Of a stretch of 64,000 nt of DNA, positions 55,024 to 64,000 are shown in pieces (position 1 is the first letter of the stretch; every line of letters starts with the position of its first letter). The translations under genes and the position numbers were made by a program. Under the pieces are notes generated by a model that worked only from the letters and a program-made list of their open reading frames with translations, was not told the DNA's origin and ran no database searches. This DNA comes from Candidatus Omnitrophota bacterium. GTDB taxonomy: Bacteria > Omnitrophota > Gorgyraeia > Zapsychrales > JANLHA01. The stretch lies in NCBI GenBank assembly GCA_963662715.1, contig OY759724.1, positions 332,670-396,669 on the forward strand, in the 5' to 3' direction.

Positions 55024-57426
55024 CTAAAAACCTCGACTCACGCTGAAATAAAATTTTCCGGAACGCTTTTCTTCTCCCGGTTCAGAGTTCAAAGGATAAC
55101 CGTAATCCAAATTGATCGGCCCCACCGGCGTCTTGACTCTTAATCCCATTCCGGTCCCGGATTTAAATCCCCCGGAAGCAAAATCCTGCACTTTAGGCCA
55201 TACATTGCCGATGTCGAAAAACACAGCCAATTTAACAAAGTCGATAACCGGGATGACATATTCAACATTTCCGACGAGCAGACTTTCTCCTCCGATGGGA
55301 TCATTGGTCAAAGAATCAATCGGCCCGACCTTTCTTTCATCGTAACCCCGAATGCTCCGGGATCCTCCCGCAAAAAACCGTTCAAAAATCGGCACGCTGC
55401 CGGAGCCCCCATAAGCCTCGACCATTCCGGCCCGCACCCGGAACTCCACCACAGATTTGAATGACAAAGGGATATAATAACTCCCCCGGGACACGAAACG
55501 ATAAAAATCCTTTGTCCCCCCCAGAATGCCCCCGGCGACATCGGCAGACTGGCTCAGGAACCAGCCGCTTGTAGGGCTGAAAACGTTATCCCGTCTGTCA
55601 TAGGAAACGGTTGTCCCCATACTGCTGACCGTATTTTCTCCTTCCTCGGCCAGCAAATCAGCGGACACGTCTTCATCAAAATTATCAATCGTGATCTTTT
55701 CTCTCTTATACGTAACATTTCCGCTGAGATATTCCGTCAGCTGTTTGCCCAAGCGGACATCCCCCCCTATTCTCTTTTCGTCGTAAGCATACCCGACATC
55801 TCTTTCGCGGTCCCGTTCCGTCCTGTAAGCGTCAAATCCCGCCGAAATCGGATGATTAAAAAGCCAGGGCTCGGTAAAACTCAGGCGCGTATTGCTGCGG
55901 GTCGATCCTGTTTCGGCCCGCAAGGAAAGATGTTGTCCTCCTCCGGTAAAAGTGGGCCATTCCGTAAAATCAAAATTCTTTTGTTCTATTTCAACAAAAC
56001 CGACAAACTGATCGACCGTGCTGTATCCCCCGCCAAAACTTAAAGATCCGGTCTTGGCTTCTTTAACCTGAACAACCAAATTTTTCTCTTCCGGCAGAAC
56101 CGTATCTTCAATGTCATAATTCACTTCTTCAAAATATCCCAAGTTCGACAATCGCTGCTTGCTGCGTCTCAGTTTTGTCCCGTCAAACTGATCTCCCGGG
56201 AAAAGACGGAGTTCCCGGCGGATCACGACGTCTCTCGTCCGTTCATTTCCCTGAATCTTTATTTCCTTGACGTAGGCCAACGCCCCTTCATCCACATCCA
56301 ACCTGATTTCAACCTTTCCTGATATCGGATTAAGGGAAGAGGACTCCTTAACACTGGCAAAGATATATCCGGCGTCAAAATACTTAATTCTGATATTTGA
56401 CAAATCGACCGACAACTTTTCCCGGCTGAAAACACCGCCGATCTGTATTTCCGTCATACTGTCTAAAAGTTCCTCGCTCGTAAGAATGCTGTTGCCGGAG
56501 AACATGACATCCTCGACAAAATACTGTTTTCCTTCCTCAATATCGATCCTCACCACGAGCAGAGACTCATCAATCTTAATATATTCAAACTTGGCGGTTG
56601 CATCAATAAAACCTTCCTTCTCATAGAAAGCTTTGATCCTTTCTAAATCCTCTTCCAGGACATCCTCTTTCAAATAGCCGGAAGTAAACAGCGAATCCGG
56701 ACGGGATTTTATGACCTTCATAATCCGCTTATCAGGATAATACCGGTTTCCCTGGATCAATATCTTCTTAATCTTCACGCGCGTCCCCTCTTTAATAATA
56801 AAATGAAGGGTCGCCTTGTTTGTTAATTCATCGACCTTTGTCTCAGTATCTATCGAGACACTGGTCAACCCCTTTTTGATGTAGAGGTCTTCCACCAGCC
56901 GAATATCGTCATTTAACGTCTTCCGGTCCAAAAATTTCCCTTCCTGAGTCCGCATTTTTTTCACAAGAGCTTTGGGCTTGAAATATTTCAGCCGGGAAAA
57001 CGTGACTTTTTCTATAATGGGCTTTTCTTGTACGTAGAAGACAACTTTAAATCCGCCCCGATAATCCTGTTTATCAACACTTACATCAGAAAAATATCCT
57101 GTATTATAGAGCCTTTTCAGATCATCGCTGATGATATGCTGACTGTACTCCTCATCAACGCGGGATTTAATCTTAAAAAGAATCGTCGTAGTGCTTATTG
57201 TCTTATTACCCTTAATTTCAATGCCTTTTATCACCTTTTTCTTGCTCTTTAATAAAGAGGAATCCGATGAGGAAGGGCCCGATTCCCAGTGCTCCATTAA
57301 GTCATCGGCAGCAAAGAGTTGAGTCCCTGGCAGGCAACTGCAGAAAATACAGACAGCTGATAATAATACTACTAAAAATACTCTATACATGCCCTTGATT
57401 ATAGGGGGTAAGCTTTTCTGTGTCAA
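55024..57426 (-). CDS. bamA: Outer membrane protein assembly factor BamA
   Basis: 800 aa. A signal peptide, five POTRA-like repeats and a C-terminal 16-strand barrel ending ...FYFSVSRGF. Confidence 0.9.
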   Translation of the reverse strand: MTQKSLPPIIKGMYRVFLVVLLSAVCIFCSCLPGTQLFAADDLMEHWESGPSSSDSSLLKSKKKVIKGIEIKGNKTISTTTILFKIKSRVDEEYSQHIISDDLKRLYNTGYFSDVSVDKQDYRGGFKVVFYVQEKPIIEKVTFSRLKYFKPKALVKKMRTQEGKFLDRKTLNDDIRLVEDLYIKKGLTSVSIDTETKVDELTNKATLHFIIKEGTRVKIKKILIQGNRYYPDKRIMKVIKSRPDSLFTSGYLKEDVLEEDLERIKAFYEKEGFIDATAKFEYIKIDESLLVVRIDIEEGKQYFVEDVMFSGNSILTSEELLDSMTEIQIGGVFSREKLSVDLSNIRIKYFDAGYIFASVKESSSLNPISGKVEIRLDVDEGALAYVKEIKIQGNERTRDVVIRRELRLFPGDQFDGTKLRRSKQRLSNLGYFEEVNYDIEDTVLPEEKNLVVQVKEAKTGSLSFGGGYSTVDQFVGFVEIEQKNFDFTEWPTFTGGGQHLSLRAETGSTRSNTRLSFTEPWLFNHPISAGFDAYRTERDRERDVGYAYDEKRIGGDVRLGKQLTEYLSGNVTYKREKITIDNFDEDVSADLLAEEGENTVSSMGTTVSYDRRDNVFSPTSGWFLSQSADVAGGILGGTKDFYRFVSRGSYYIPLSFKSVVEFRVRAGMVEAYGGSGSVPIFERFFAGGSRSIRGYDERKVGPIDSLTNDPIGGESLLVGNVEYVIPVIDFVKLAVFFDIGNVWPKVQDFASGGFKSGTGMGLRVKTPVGPINLDYGYPLNSEPGEEKRSGKFYFSVSRGF

Positions 57427-58754
57427 TCAACATATGCAAGATTTTCGAATCTCATATATTCTTTTATAAAAGAAAGCTTTATGGTGCCGACCGGTCCATT
57501 GCGTTGCTTGGCAATGATAACCTCAGCAACCCCTCTATTCTCCTCTGTAGGATTATAATACTCCTCACGCATTAAAAGACACACCAAATCAGCGTCCTGT
57601 TCTATCGCCCCTGATTCTCTCAGGTCGGACAATTGCGGCCGATGATCCTGCCGGCTTTCGACAGCCCGCGACAGCTGGCTTAAAGCGATAATGGGAACTC
57701 CCAGCTCCCGTGCCAGCGCTTTGATAGATCTGGATATTTCAGAAATTTCTTGTTGCCGGCTTTCGGTTTTCATCGTGCCCCGCATCAACTGCAAATAATC
57801 TACGATAATCAGCTGAATATCATGATGGGACTTCAGCCTTCTTGCCTTCGCCCGTAATTCCAGGGCTGAAATAGCCGGCGTGTCGTCAATGAATATTTTA
57901 GAAGTGGACAGTTTTCCCGCGGCAGACGTCAATTTCGGCCAGTCAGAGGGTGATAAAAACCCTGACCGGACCTTATGAGCATCGACCCGGGCCTGGGAAC
58001 AAAGCATACGCTGCACCAGCTGTTCTTTGGACATTTCCAGGCTAAAAAAGGCAACACCTTTCTTCTGATCAATACCGATATGCTCCATAATGGAGGCGGC
58101 CAAAGCACTTTTCCCCATGGAAGGCCTGCCGGCCATAATGATCAGATCCGCCGGCTGCAAGCCGGATGTCATGCGGTCAAATTCCGTGAAGGCTGTCGGC
58201 AATCCTGTGACATGCTCTTTTCTTTGATAAAGACTGTCAATCTTCTCAATGCTGGATTTTACGAGTTCTTTAATATGCACCGACTGCTGCCGGTGCTTTA
58301 AGTCTGAAATTTCAAAGATAAGTTGTTCCGCCTTGTCGACGATCTGGCCCACATTCCCTTTGTTCTCATAACAATAATTAACGATCTGGGTGGCATTCTT
58401 GATAAGCTGACGTAAAATACCCCGCTCTTTGACGATCTGGGCATAGTGTTCGACATTCGCGGCCGTGGGAACCATATCAATCAGCATGGACAGATACGGA
58501 ATACCCCCGACGGAATCAATGACACCGTCATTTTTAAGCTTATCCGAAAGAGTTACGAGGTCGACGTTCTTGCGGTTATTGTATAAATCAAGAATGGCGG
58601 AATAAATCTGGCTGTGGGTGTTTTCGTAGAACCAGGATTCGTCCAGAATCTCTAAAGCCGTACCGATGGCCTCATCGTCTATCATCATAGCACCCAGAAC
58701 CGATTTTTCGGCCTCGAGATTTTGGGGAGGGATCATTATTTCTTCGCTACCCAT
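57423..58754 (-). CDS. dnaB: Replicative DNA helicase DnaB
   Basis: 443 aa. An N-terminal DnaB domain (PPQNLEAEKSVLGAMM), Walker A GRPSMGKSA and an arginine-finger region. Confidence 0.9.
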   Translation of the reverse strand: MGSEEIMIPPQNLEAEKSVLGAMMIDDEAIGTALEILDESWFYENTHSQIYSAILDLYNNRKNVDLVTLSDKLKNDGVIDSVGGIPYLSMLIDMVPTAANVEHYAQIVKERGILRQLIKNATQIVNYCYENKGNVGQIVDKAEQLIFEISDLKHRQQSVHIKELVKSSIEKIDSLYQRKEHVTGLPTAFTEFDRMTSGLQPADLIIMAGRPSMGKSALAASIMEHIGIDQKKGVAFFSLEMSKEQLVQRMLCSQARVDAHKVRSGFLSPSDWPKLTSAAGKLSTSKIFIDDTPAISALELRAKARRLKSHHDIQLIIVDYLQLMRGTMKTESRQQEISEISRSIKALARELGVPIIALSQLSRAVESRQDHRPQLSDLRESGAIEQDADLVCLLMREEYYNPTEENRGVAEVIIAKQRNGPVGTIKLSFIKEYMRFENLAYVD

Positions 58755-59179
58755 ACGCGTATCTTCGCCGTTACCTGTGGATGCAGTTTAATCCCGACTT
58801 CGTAAATACCGAGATCTTCGATAGCCTGCTCAATGATGATTTTCTTTTTGTCAATATCAAATCCTTCCACATCCAAGGCCCGGACAATATCTATTTCCGT
58901 AACAGAGCCGTACAATTTATCTAAATCATTGACTTCGACCGTAACCGTGCAGGACACTTTGCTCAACTTCTCGGCCAATGCCTCGGCTTCCCGGAGGGCC
59001 CGTTCATTCTCAGCTTCTTGTTTAGCTTTTTGTTTTTCTATTCTCTTCAAATTAGCAGCCGTTGCCACATAAGCGATCTTTTGCGGAATCAAAAAATTCC
59101 GGGCATAACCATCCTTAACGTTAACGACGTCTCCGATTTTTCCAAGTTTACGCACATCTTGACATAATATCACTTCCAT
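58736..59179 (-). CDS. rplI: 50S ribosomal protein L9. Start taken at M16 of the track ORF.
   Basis: MEVILCQDVRKLGKIGDVVNVKDGYARNFLIPQ is the canonical L9 N-terminus, preceded by GAGAGGG. The 15-codon upstream extension in the track ORF is probably spurious. Confidence 0.85.
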   Translation of the reverse strand: MEVILCQDVRKLGKIGDVVNVKDGYARNFLIPQKIAYVATAANLKRIEKQKAKQEAENERALREAEALAEKLSKVSCTVTVEVNDLDKLYGSVTEIDIVRALDVEGFDIDKKKIIIEQAIEDLGIYEVGIKLHPQVTAKIRVWVAKK

Positions 59180-59242
59180 GGATTTACCCTCTCTTCGTTT
59201 AAACTTTAACCGGCCCGAAAACACAAAAACATCGTTTCGAAA

Positions 59243-59497
59243 TTATCGTCTCTTCGAACTGCCGACCGATATTAACCCTAAATATCTTGCCCGTTTGACA
59301 GCTTGGGTCAGATCCCGCTGATCCTTACCTTTAATACCGGTAATCCGCCGGGAAAGGAGCTTCCCTCGGTCTGTCAGATACCTCTGCAACAGTGATAAAT
59401 TTTTATAATCGATCTTTGCATCTTTGGGCAGGACATATTTCGATGTCCGTTTCTTCAGCGTCCTTTTGGGACCCATTCTAGTCATTCTTCGCTTCAA
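59243..59497 (-). CDS. rpsR: 30S ribosomal protein S18
   Basis: 84 aa. ...IDYKNLSLLQRYLTDRGKLLSRRITGI... Confidence 0.9.
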   Translation of the reverse strand: MKRRMTRMGPKRTLKKRTSKYVLPKDAKIDYKNLSLLQRYLTDRGKLLSRRITGIKGKDQRDLTQAVKRARYLGLISVGSSKRR

Positions 59498-59655
59498 TTG
59501 ATACCTCCCTTATAACCTTTATTCTTGTTAATGCCCCACATGACGATCCCCGGGCAACAACCTAAAAACACTCCCTGCCAAAACCGCACAAGAAACAGTA
59601 CGGATGTTATTCCTCCCGCAACACATCAACAAACGGCATAATCGCTCATAATCCA

Positions 59656-60111
59656 TTACTCATCCCAGGCGATATCTTCCGGACTGATGCTGTCATCAAA
59701 CGCCGCCCCCGTTGATGCGGCAAGTCCTTCCATCGCCCGCACAGGTTCGGCCTCTCCTGTCGCATCCACCCGCCCCGGGGAAAATTTCCCCAAGAACTGC
59801 ACTCTTTCAGCCCGCACGTCGATGGTGCTGCGTTTCTGTCCATCTGTCGTCTCCCAGGAACGAGATTGCAGAACCCCTTCAACAAAAATCGGACTGCCTT
59901 TCTGCAAATATTGACAGCAGGCCTCTGCCTGTTTATCCCAAACAGTGACGGTCAAAAAACAAACATCTTCTTTCAACTCTCCTGACTTATCACGAAACCG
60001 GCGATTCACAGCGACACCCAAGTTAGCCACAGCTACCCCGGCAGGAGTATACCTTAATTCCGGATCTCGAGTTAAGTTCCCAATTAAGAAGACCTTGTTC
60101 AAATTCGCCAT
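59656..60111 (-). CDS. ssb: Single-stranded DNA-binding protein
   Basis: 151 aa. MANLNKVFLIGNLTRDPELRYTPAGVAVANL OB fold, an acidic C-terminal tail DDSISPEDIAWDE, and a position between rpsF and rpsR. Confidence 0.9.
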   Translation of the reverse strand: MANLNKVFLIGNLTRDPELRYTPAGVAVANLGVAVNRRFRDKSGELKEDVCFLTVTVWDKQAEACCQYLQKGSPIFVEGVLQSRSWETTDGQKRSTIDVRAERVQFLGKFSPGRVDATGEAEPVRAMEGLAASTGAAFDDSISPEDIAWDE

Positions 60112-60182
60112 TTCACCCTCCTCAACAATAGTGTTTAACGTTAACCATAAAATTTACTCAACACTGACTCCGCGCTCCTCTC

Positions 60183-60467
60183 CTAAACTTTAACAATGAG
60201 AGAACGCAGAACTTTTTCGTTAATTTTTAAAAGTTGTCTTATTTTGACGAGAGAGGATCGGGGACTTTCAAAATTTATTAAATAATACGTCCCTTCGGTC
60301 CGTTTCTTCATACGAAATGAAAATTTCTGTTTATCCAGCCAGACCTGACTGTTAATAACCTGTCCGTCGCATTTCCCTATCGTATCACAGACTTCCTTAT
60401 TGACTTTTTCTTTTTCTTCCTGTAGAAGTGTAGCATCAACAATCACCACGAGTTCGTATTTATCCAT
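60183..60467 (-). CDS. rpsF: 30S ribosomal protein S6
   Basis: 94 aa. MDKYELVVIVDATL... Confidence 0.9.
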   Translation of the reverse strand: MDKYELVVIVDATLLQEEKEKVNKEVCDTIGKCDGQVINSQVWLDKQKFSFRMKKRTEGTYYLINFESPRSSLVKIRQLLKINEKVLRSLIVKV

Positions 60468-61086
60468 TTCCTTTCCTTTTGTTAAATTGACTCATAACCT
60501 TGCTTATATCTTCTTTTAACCATAATTCACAGCATGCGATTCCTTTTTTAACAAATATCTCCAGATCTTTTTTCTCCTCCTGGCTAAACTCTGACAGGAC
60601 ATAATCGGCGGCTTCCCAACCTGCCGGCGGGGCTCCGACCCCCATCCTTAACCTGACAAAAGCCTCAGAACTCAAGTGCTGGATAACAGAAGAAAGCCCG
60701 TTGTGCCCGCCGTCGCTCCCCTGGGGTCTTAAACGGCATTGTCCGAACGGCAGATGAAAATCATCACACACAATTAAAATCCGCTCCGAAGGGACCTGAT
60801 AATAAGACGACAGGCTCTTTACGGCTACGCCCGACTGATTCATAAAAGTCAGCGGCATGAGCAATAGACATTTCTTGTCAAAAACCGCCCCCTCAGCCAC
60901 CAGACCTTTACAGACCCGGCTCGGTTTAAACGTCATATGATGATCACGGGCCAAAGCCTCTAAAACCATGAATCCCAGATTATGCCGCGTCCTGGAATAC
61001 TCTGCTCCGGGGTTCCCTAATCCAACAATAATCATACGATGATCTTCAGTCAATCCTTTATACGTCCGTAATGGGTCTTCAGACAA
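60460..61086 (-). CDS. pth: Peptidyl-tRNA hydrolase
   Basis: ...MIIVGLGNPGAEYSRTRHNLGF... The true start may be M18 (61035), giving the canonical MIIVGLGNPG N-terminus. Confidence 0.85.
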   Translation of the reverse strand: MSEDPLRTYKGLTEDHRMIIVGLGNPGAEYSRTRHNLGFMVLEALARDHHMTFKPSRVCKGLVAEGAVFDKKCLLLMPLTFMNQSGVAVKSLSSYYQVPSERILIVCDDFHLPFGQCRLRPQGSDGGHNGLSSVIQHLSSEAFVRLRMGVGAPPAGWEAADYVLSEFSQEEKKDLEIFVKKGIACCELWLKEDISKVMSQFNKRKGNG

Positions 61087-61100
61087 AAAATTATTTTCAA

Positions 61101-61784
61101 TTAGGACTTATCCGAGGCCGCATCCTTGCCTTCTGCCGGTTCGGCTTTCTTCTCCTTGATAACTTCCGGCTCTGTCTGTTCTGCGCCAGCCTCCCCTTCT
61201 TCTGCCTCCTCTTTCATCGGAGGCACAACGGTACAGACAATCGCTTCCGGGTCATGTTCTGTCCGAACCCCTTCCGGCAGGACAACATCTTTGACATAAA
61301 TGCTGTCACTGATTCCTAAGGCCGAGACATCAATATCAATATGCTGAGGGATATTCATGGGCAAACAGATAACATCCAGTTCCCACAGGTGATGTTCCAA
61401 AGAGCCGTGATCTTTCTTAACCCCGGGAGCTTCCCCTTTGGTTTGAATCCCCACCTTAACTTCTATTTCCTGGGTCAAAGAAATGATATTGAAATCCACA
61501 TGCAGGATCTCATCGGAAACAGGGTCCCGCTGCTCCTCCTTGATAATGGCTGGATAGTCTTTCACAGCCGTATCGCCGTCAAAAATATTCAAGTGAAAAA
61601 CAACGCTCTCCCCGGCGTGGGAACGGAGAATTTTCTCAAATATTTTCTTATCCATTTTTACAGGCAGAGGTTCTGCGTCCTTACCATAAATGATTGCGGG
61701 GATACATGCCTGTCTGCGGACCTGCTTAATATGCTGTCCGCCGATTTCCTTGCGGGCTTGAACATCTAATTTAATCTCTTCCAT
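61101..61784 (-). CDS. rplY: 50S ribosomal protein L25 / general stress protein Ctc
   Basis: 227 aa. An L25 beta-barrel N-terminal domain, a Ctc-type C-terminal domain and an acidic tail. Confidence 0.85.
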   Translation of the reverse strand: MEEIKLDVQARKEIGGQHIKQVRRQACIPAIIYGKDAEPLPVKMDKKIFEKILRSHAGESVVFHLNIFDGDTAVKDYPAIIKEEQRDPVSDEILHVDFNIISLTQEIEVKVGIQTKGEAPGVKKDHGSLEHHLWELDVICLPMNIPQHIDIDVSALGISDSIYVKDVVLPEGVRTEHDPEAIVCTVVPPMKEEAEEGEAGAEQTEPEVIKEKKAEPAEGKDAASDKS

Positions 61785-61835
61785 TTTACTTGACCTGCCT
61801 TTTCTTGATTATTATTCTTTAAAACCTCAACATTT

Positions 61836-62789
61836 TTAATGCCGGGTATGTTCAAACAAACAACTCACCGACTCTTCATTATGAATCCGCTGTATGGCTT
61901 CAGCCAATAACGGAGCAATGGTTATAACTTTAATCTTCGGATTCTCCGCCGTCTTCTTGAACGGGATGCTGTCGGTAATAAGAACCTCCTCCAGGACATC
62001 GCATTGCTGAATCCTCTGCAAGGCGTTCCCCGAAAGCACGCCATGGCTGATGGCCGCGCAAACGCTCAGGACGCCCTTTTTTTTCAGAGCCTCCGCCGCC
62101 TCAACCAGGGATCCTGCCGTGGCCACAATGTCATCCACGAGAATAGCAACTCTGTCTTTCACTGATCCCAGAATATGCATCACTTCGGTCTTCTCCGGAC
62201 TCGTACGTCTCTTATCGATTACGGCCAAACCCGCGTTAAGGTTTTTCGCATAGGCCCGGGCCATCTTCAAACTCCCGACATCAGGAGACACAACGACAAT
62301 TTTATGATCCGACTTCTTTTTCTGAATAGTGTCGCACAAGGTATTAATGGCATATAAATGGTCCACGGGAATATCAAAAAAACCCTGAATCTGGCTCGCA
62401 TGCAAATCCATGGACAAAACCCGGTTCGCCCCGGCCGCATTCAGCAGATTCGCGACCAACTTGGCCGTAATAGGCACCCGCGGCTGATCTTTTCTGTCCT
62501 GGCGGGCATACCCGTAATACGGCATCACGGCGGTGATCCTTTTCGCCGAAGCCCGACGGGCAGCATCCATCATGACGAGCAACTCCATTAAATTATCATT
62601 TGTCGGAGGACATGTCGGCTGGATAATAAAAACATCCTTGCCCCGGACATTGTCCTTAATCTGAATCCGGACCTCTCCTTCACTGAAACGGCCGACGAAG
62701 ACATCCGCCAAAGGGGCTTTCAGACATTTACAGATTGCTTTTGCAAGTTCGGGATTGGCGTTGCCGCTAAAGACCGCCATGCCGTTCAT
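61836..62789 (-). CDS. prs: Ribose-phosphate pyrophosphokinase
   Basis: 317 aa. MAVFSGNANPELAK..., PRPP-binding VLSVCAAISHGV..DDIVATAGS. Confidence 0.9.
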   Translation of the reverse strand: MNGMAVFSGNANPELAKAICKCLKAPLADVFVGRFSEGEVRIQIKDNVRGKDVFIIQPTCPPTNDNLMELLVMMDAARRASAKRITAVMPYYGYARQDRKDQPRVPITAKLVANLLNAAGANRVLSMDLHASQIQGFFDIPVDHLYAINTLCDTIQKKKSDHKIVVVSPDVGSLKMARAYAKNLNAGLAVIDKRRTSPEKTEVMHILGSVKDRVAILVDDIVATAGSLVEAAEALKKKGVLSVCAAISHGVLSGNALQRIQQCDVLEEVLITDSIPFKKTAENPKIKVITIAPLLAEAIQRIHNEESVSCLFEHTRH

Positions 62790-62821
62790 AAAGTTCTCCT
62801 CTCATTGTAAAAAGACACCGG

Positions 62822-64000
62822 TTATCCTTTCTTCTTATTGACAATCCGCCCCGGGACTCCCACGACGACACTCTTCGGGGGGATTTTTTTCCCTCGGGTT
62901 ACAACACACCCGGCGCCGGTCATCGCCTTTGCGCCAAGCTGAACAGGTGCCACCAGAATGGAATCCGATCCCACAAAAGCATGATTCCCCACATAAGTTT
63001 TGTTTTTGTTTTTCCCGTCATAGTTGGCGGTAACGACCCCGGCTCCGATATTGACATGATGGCCGATTCTGGCGTCCCCGAGAAAACTGAAATGTTTCAT
63101 AAAACAATGCTCTCCCAGGACAGAACGGGAAACCTCCGCAAAATTTCCGATCTCGACATTCTTCCCGATTCTTGTTCCCGGACGTATTCTTGCAAAAGGG
63201 CCAATAACGCAGCCGGAACCTATCGAAACATTTTCTTCAATGAATGTGCAGGGCCGGATGACCGTATCTTTTCCGATCCGGACATCAGCGTTAATATACG
63301 TCGTCCGGGGATCAACAATCGTCACCCCGGAAGCCATGAGTTTCTTTAAAATCCGCTGACGTAATATCGCCCCGGCCACAGCCATATCTTCCCGGGAATT
63401 AATGCCCAATCCTTCTGAGGGTTCCGGAGTCTCAACGGTTTCTATGCCGGCGCCCTGTCCCGATAAAATAGCAATGACATCCGTCAAATAATATTCTTTC
63501 TTGCGTTTATTCAAAGATACTTTTCGAATGGCCTGGAAAAGGATGTCCTTCTTAAAACAATATACCCCGACATTGATTTCTCCTATGGCTTTTTCGGCAG
63601 GCGTGGCGTCCTTTTCTTCTCTGATGGCCACCACTTTCCCGCGGTCGTCACGGATAATCCGGCCATAGCCAAAACTGTTTCCGACCTTCGCCGTCAGGAA
63701 CGTACAGTCCGCTTTTTGGGCCTGATGCCGGCGCACCAACCTTTTAACCGTATCCCGCCGGAGCAGAGGAGTATCCCCGCAGAGGATCAGGATGTCGCCA
63801 TGATAATTCCGGAAAAAACGTTCCCCCTGCCGCACAGCGTCCGCTGTCCCCAAAAGCTTCTTCTGTTCGTAAACACCGATATCCTCACCCAACGTTTTCT
63901 GGATCCGGGGCATTTGATGACCTAAAACGACATAAGTTTTCAAAGAACCTATCGCTTTGACGATATCGAGGACATATTGAATAAGGGGTTTCCCGCATAA
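62822..64000 (-). CDS. glmU: Bifunctional GlmU (GlcNAc-1-P uridyltransferase / GlcN-1-P acetyltransferase), N-terminus beyond the window edge
   Basis: The reading frame stays open upstream of the track's TTG 'start' at 63943 through to position 64000 (...CGKPLIQYVLDIVKAIGSLKTYVVLGHQ...), aligning with GlmU LAGKPMVQHVID.... The C-terminal LbH acetyltransferase domain is present. Confidence 0.85.
   Translation of the reverse strand, partial: LCGKPLIQYVLDIVKAIGSLKTYVVLGHQMPRIQKTLGEDIGVYEQKKLLGTADAVRQGERFFRNYHGDILILCGDTPLLRRDTVKRLVRRHQAQKADCTFLTAKVGNSFGYGRIIRDDRGKVVAIREEKDATPAEKAIGEINVGVYCFKKDILFQAIRKVSLNKRKKEYYLTDVIAILSGQGAGIETVETPEPSEGLGINSREDMAVAGAILRQRILKKLMASGVTIVDPRTTYINADVRIGKDTVIRPCTFIEENVSIGSGCVIGPFARIRPGTRIGKNVEIGNFAEVSRSVLGEHCFMKHFSFLGDARIGHHVNIGAGVVTANYDGKNKNKTYVGNHAFVGSDSILVAPVQLGAKAMTGAGCVVTRGKKIPPKSVVVGVPGRIVNKKKG

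Noticed and set aside
63941-64000. ORF-track start of glmU at 63943
   Set aside because: That 'start' is a TTG inside the nucleotidyltransferase domain. The frame stays open to the window edge and aligns with the GlmU N-terminal region, so the gene is simply truncated by the window.

Overview
This 64-kb window comes from a diderm bacterium of about 50% GC, and most of it is densely packed, mainly minus-strand housekeeping genes. There is a lipid-A/outer-membrane cluster (bamA, skp, lpxD, a fused lpxC-fabZ, lpxA, lpxI), a ribosomal/replication block (dnaB, rplI, rpsR, ssb, rpsF, pth, rplY, prs, glmU), lolDE and lysS. A Firmicute-like class-III heat-shock block (mcsA, mcsB, clpC, radA, PIN/TRAM yacL, ispD, ispF, cysE, cysS) runs into tmk, holB, ricT, metG, mtnA, thiL, tsaE, tsaB and alr. 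The window also holds lptF/lptG, comF, pyrE, maf, an M48 protease, lpd, tRNA-Leu(CAG), and smpB next to a clearly recognisable tmRNA. Two regions depart from this core. (1) Directly downstream of the tmRNA 3' end lies an AT-rich segment (1..5274), with a ~1.4-kb non-coding stretch carrying gene remnants. The segment encodes two SIR2-like (SIR2_2, GAG...TTN[FY]D) proteins, one fused to about 10 TPR-like repeats, flanking an uncharacterised 315-aa protein. This is a candidate NAD+-targeting defence island inserted at ssrA. (2) A monocistronic 8.7-kb gene (11756..20476) encodes a 2906-aa protein with an N-terminal signal peptide or anchor. It contains a TagD-like HIGH-motif cytidylyltransferase module, a permuted ASKHA/ROK sugar-kinase-like module, two tandem intact receiver (REC) domains, an internal ~95-aa tandem duplication and about 13 recurring [AVG]-S-S-P-[ILV] junction motifs. 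It sits next to an MBOAT O-acyltransferase and a DltD/AlgJ-like partner. I do not recognise this architecture. Further noted items are three tandem ~45-bp hairpin repeats in the pyrE/comF divergent spacer, strong intrinsic terminators after tRNA-Leu, ssrA and the giant gene, and several start-codon corrections.
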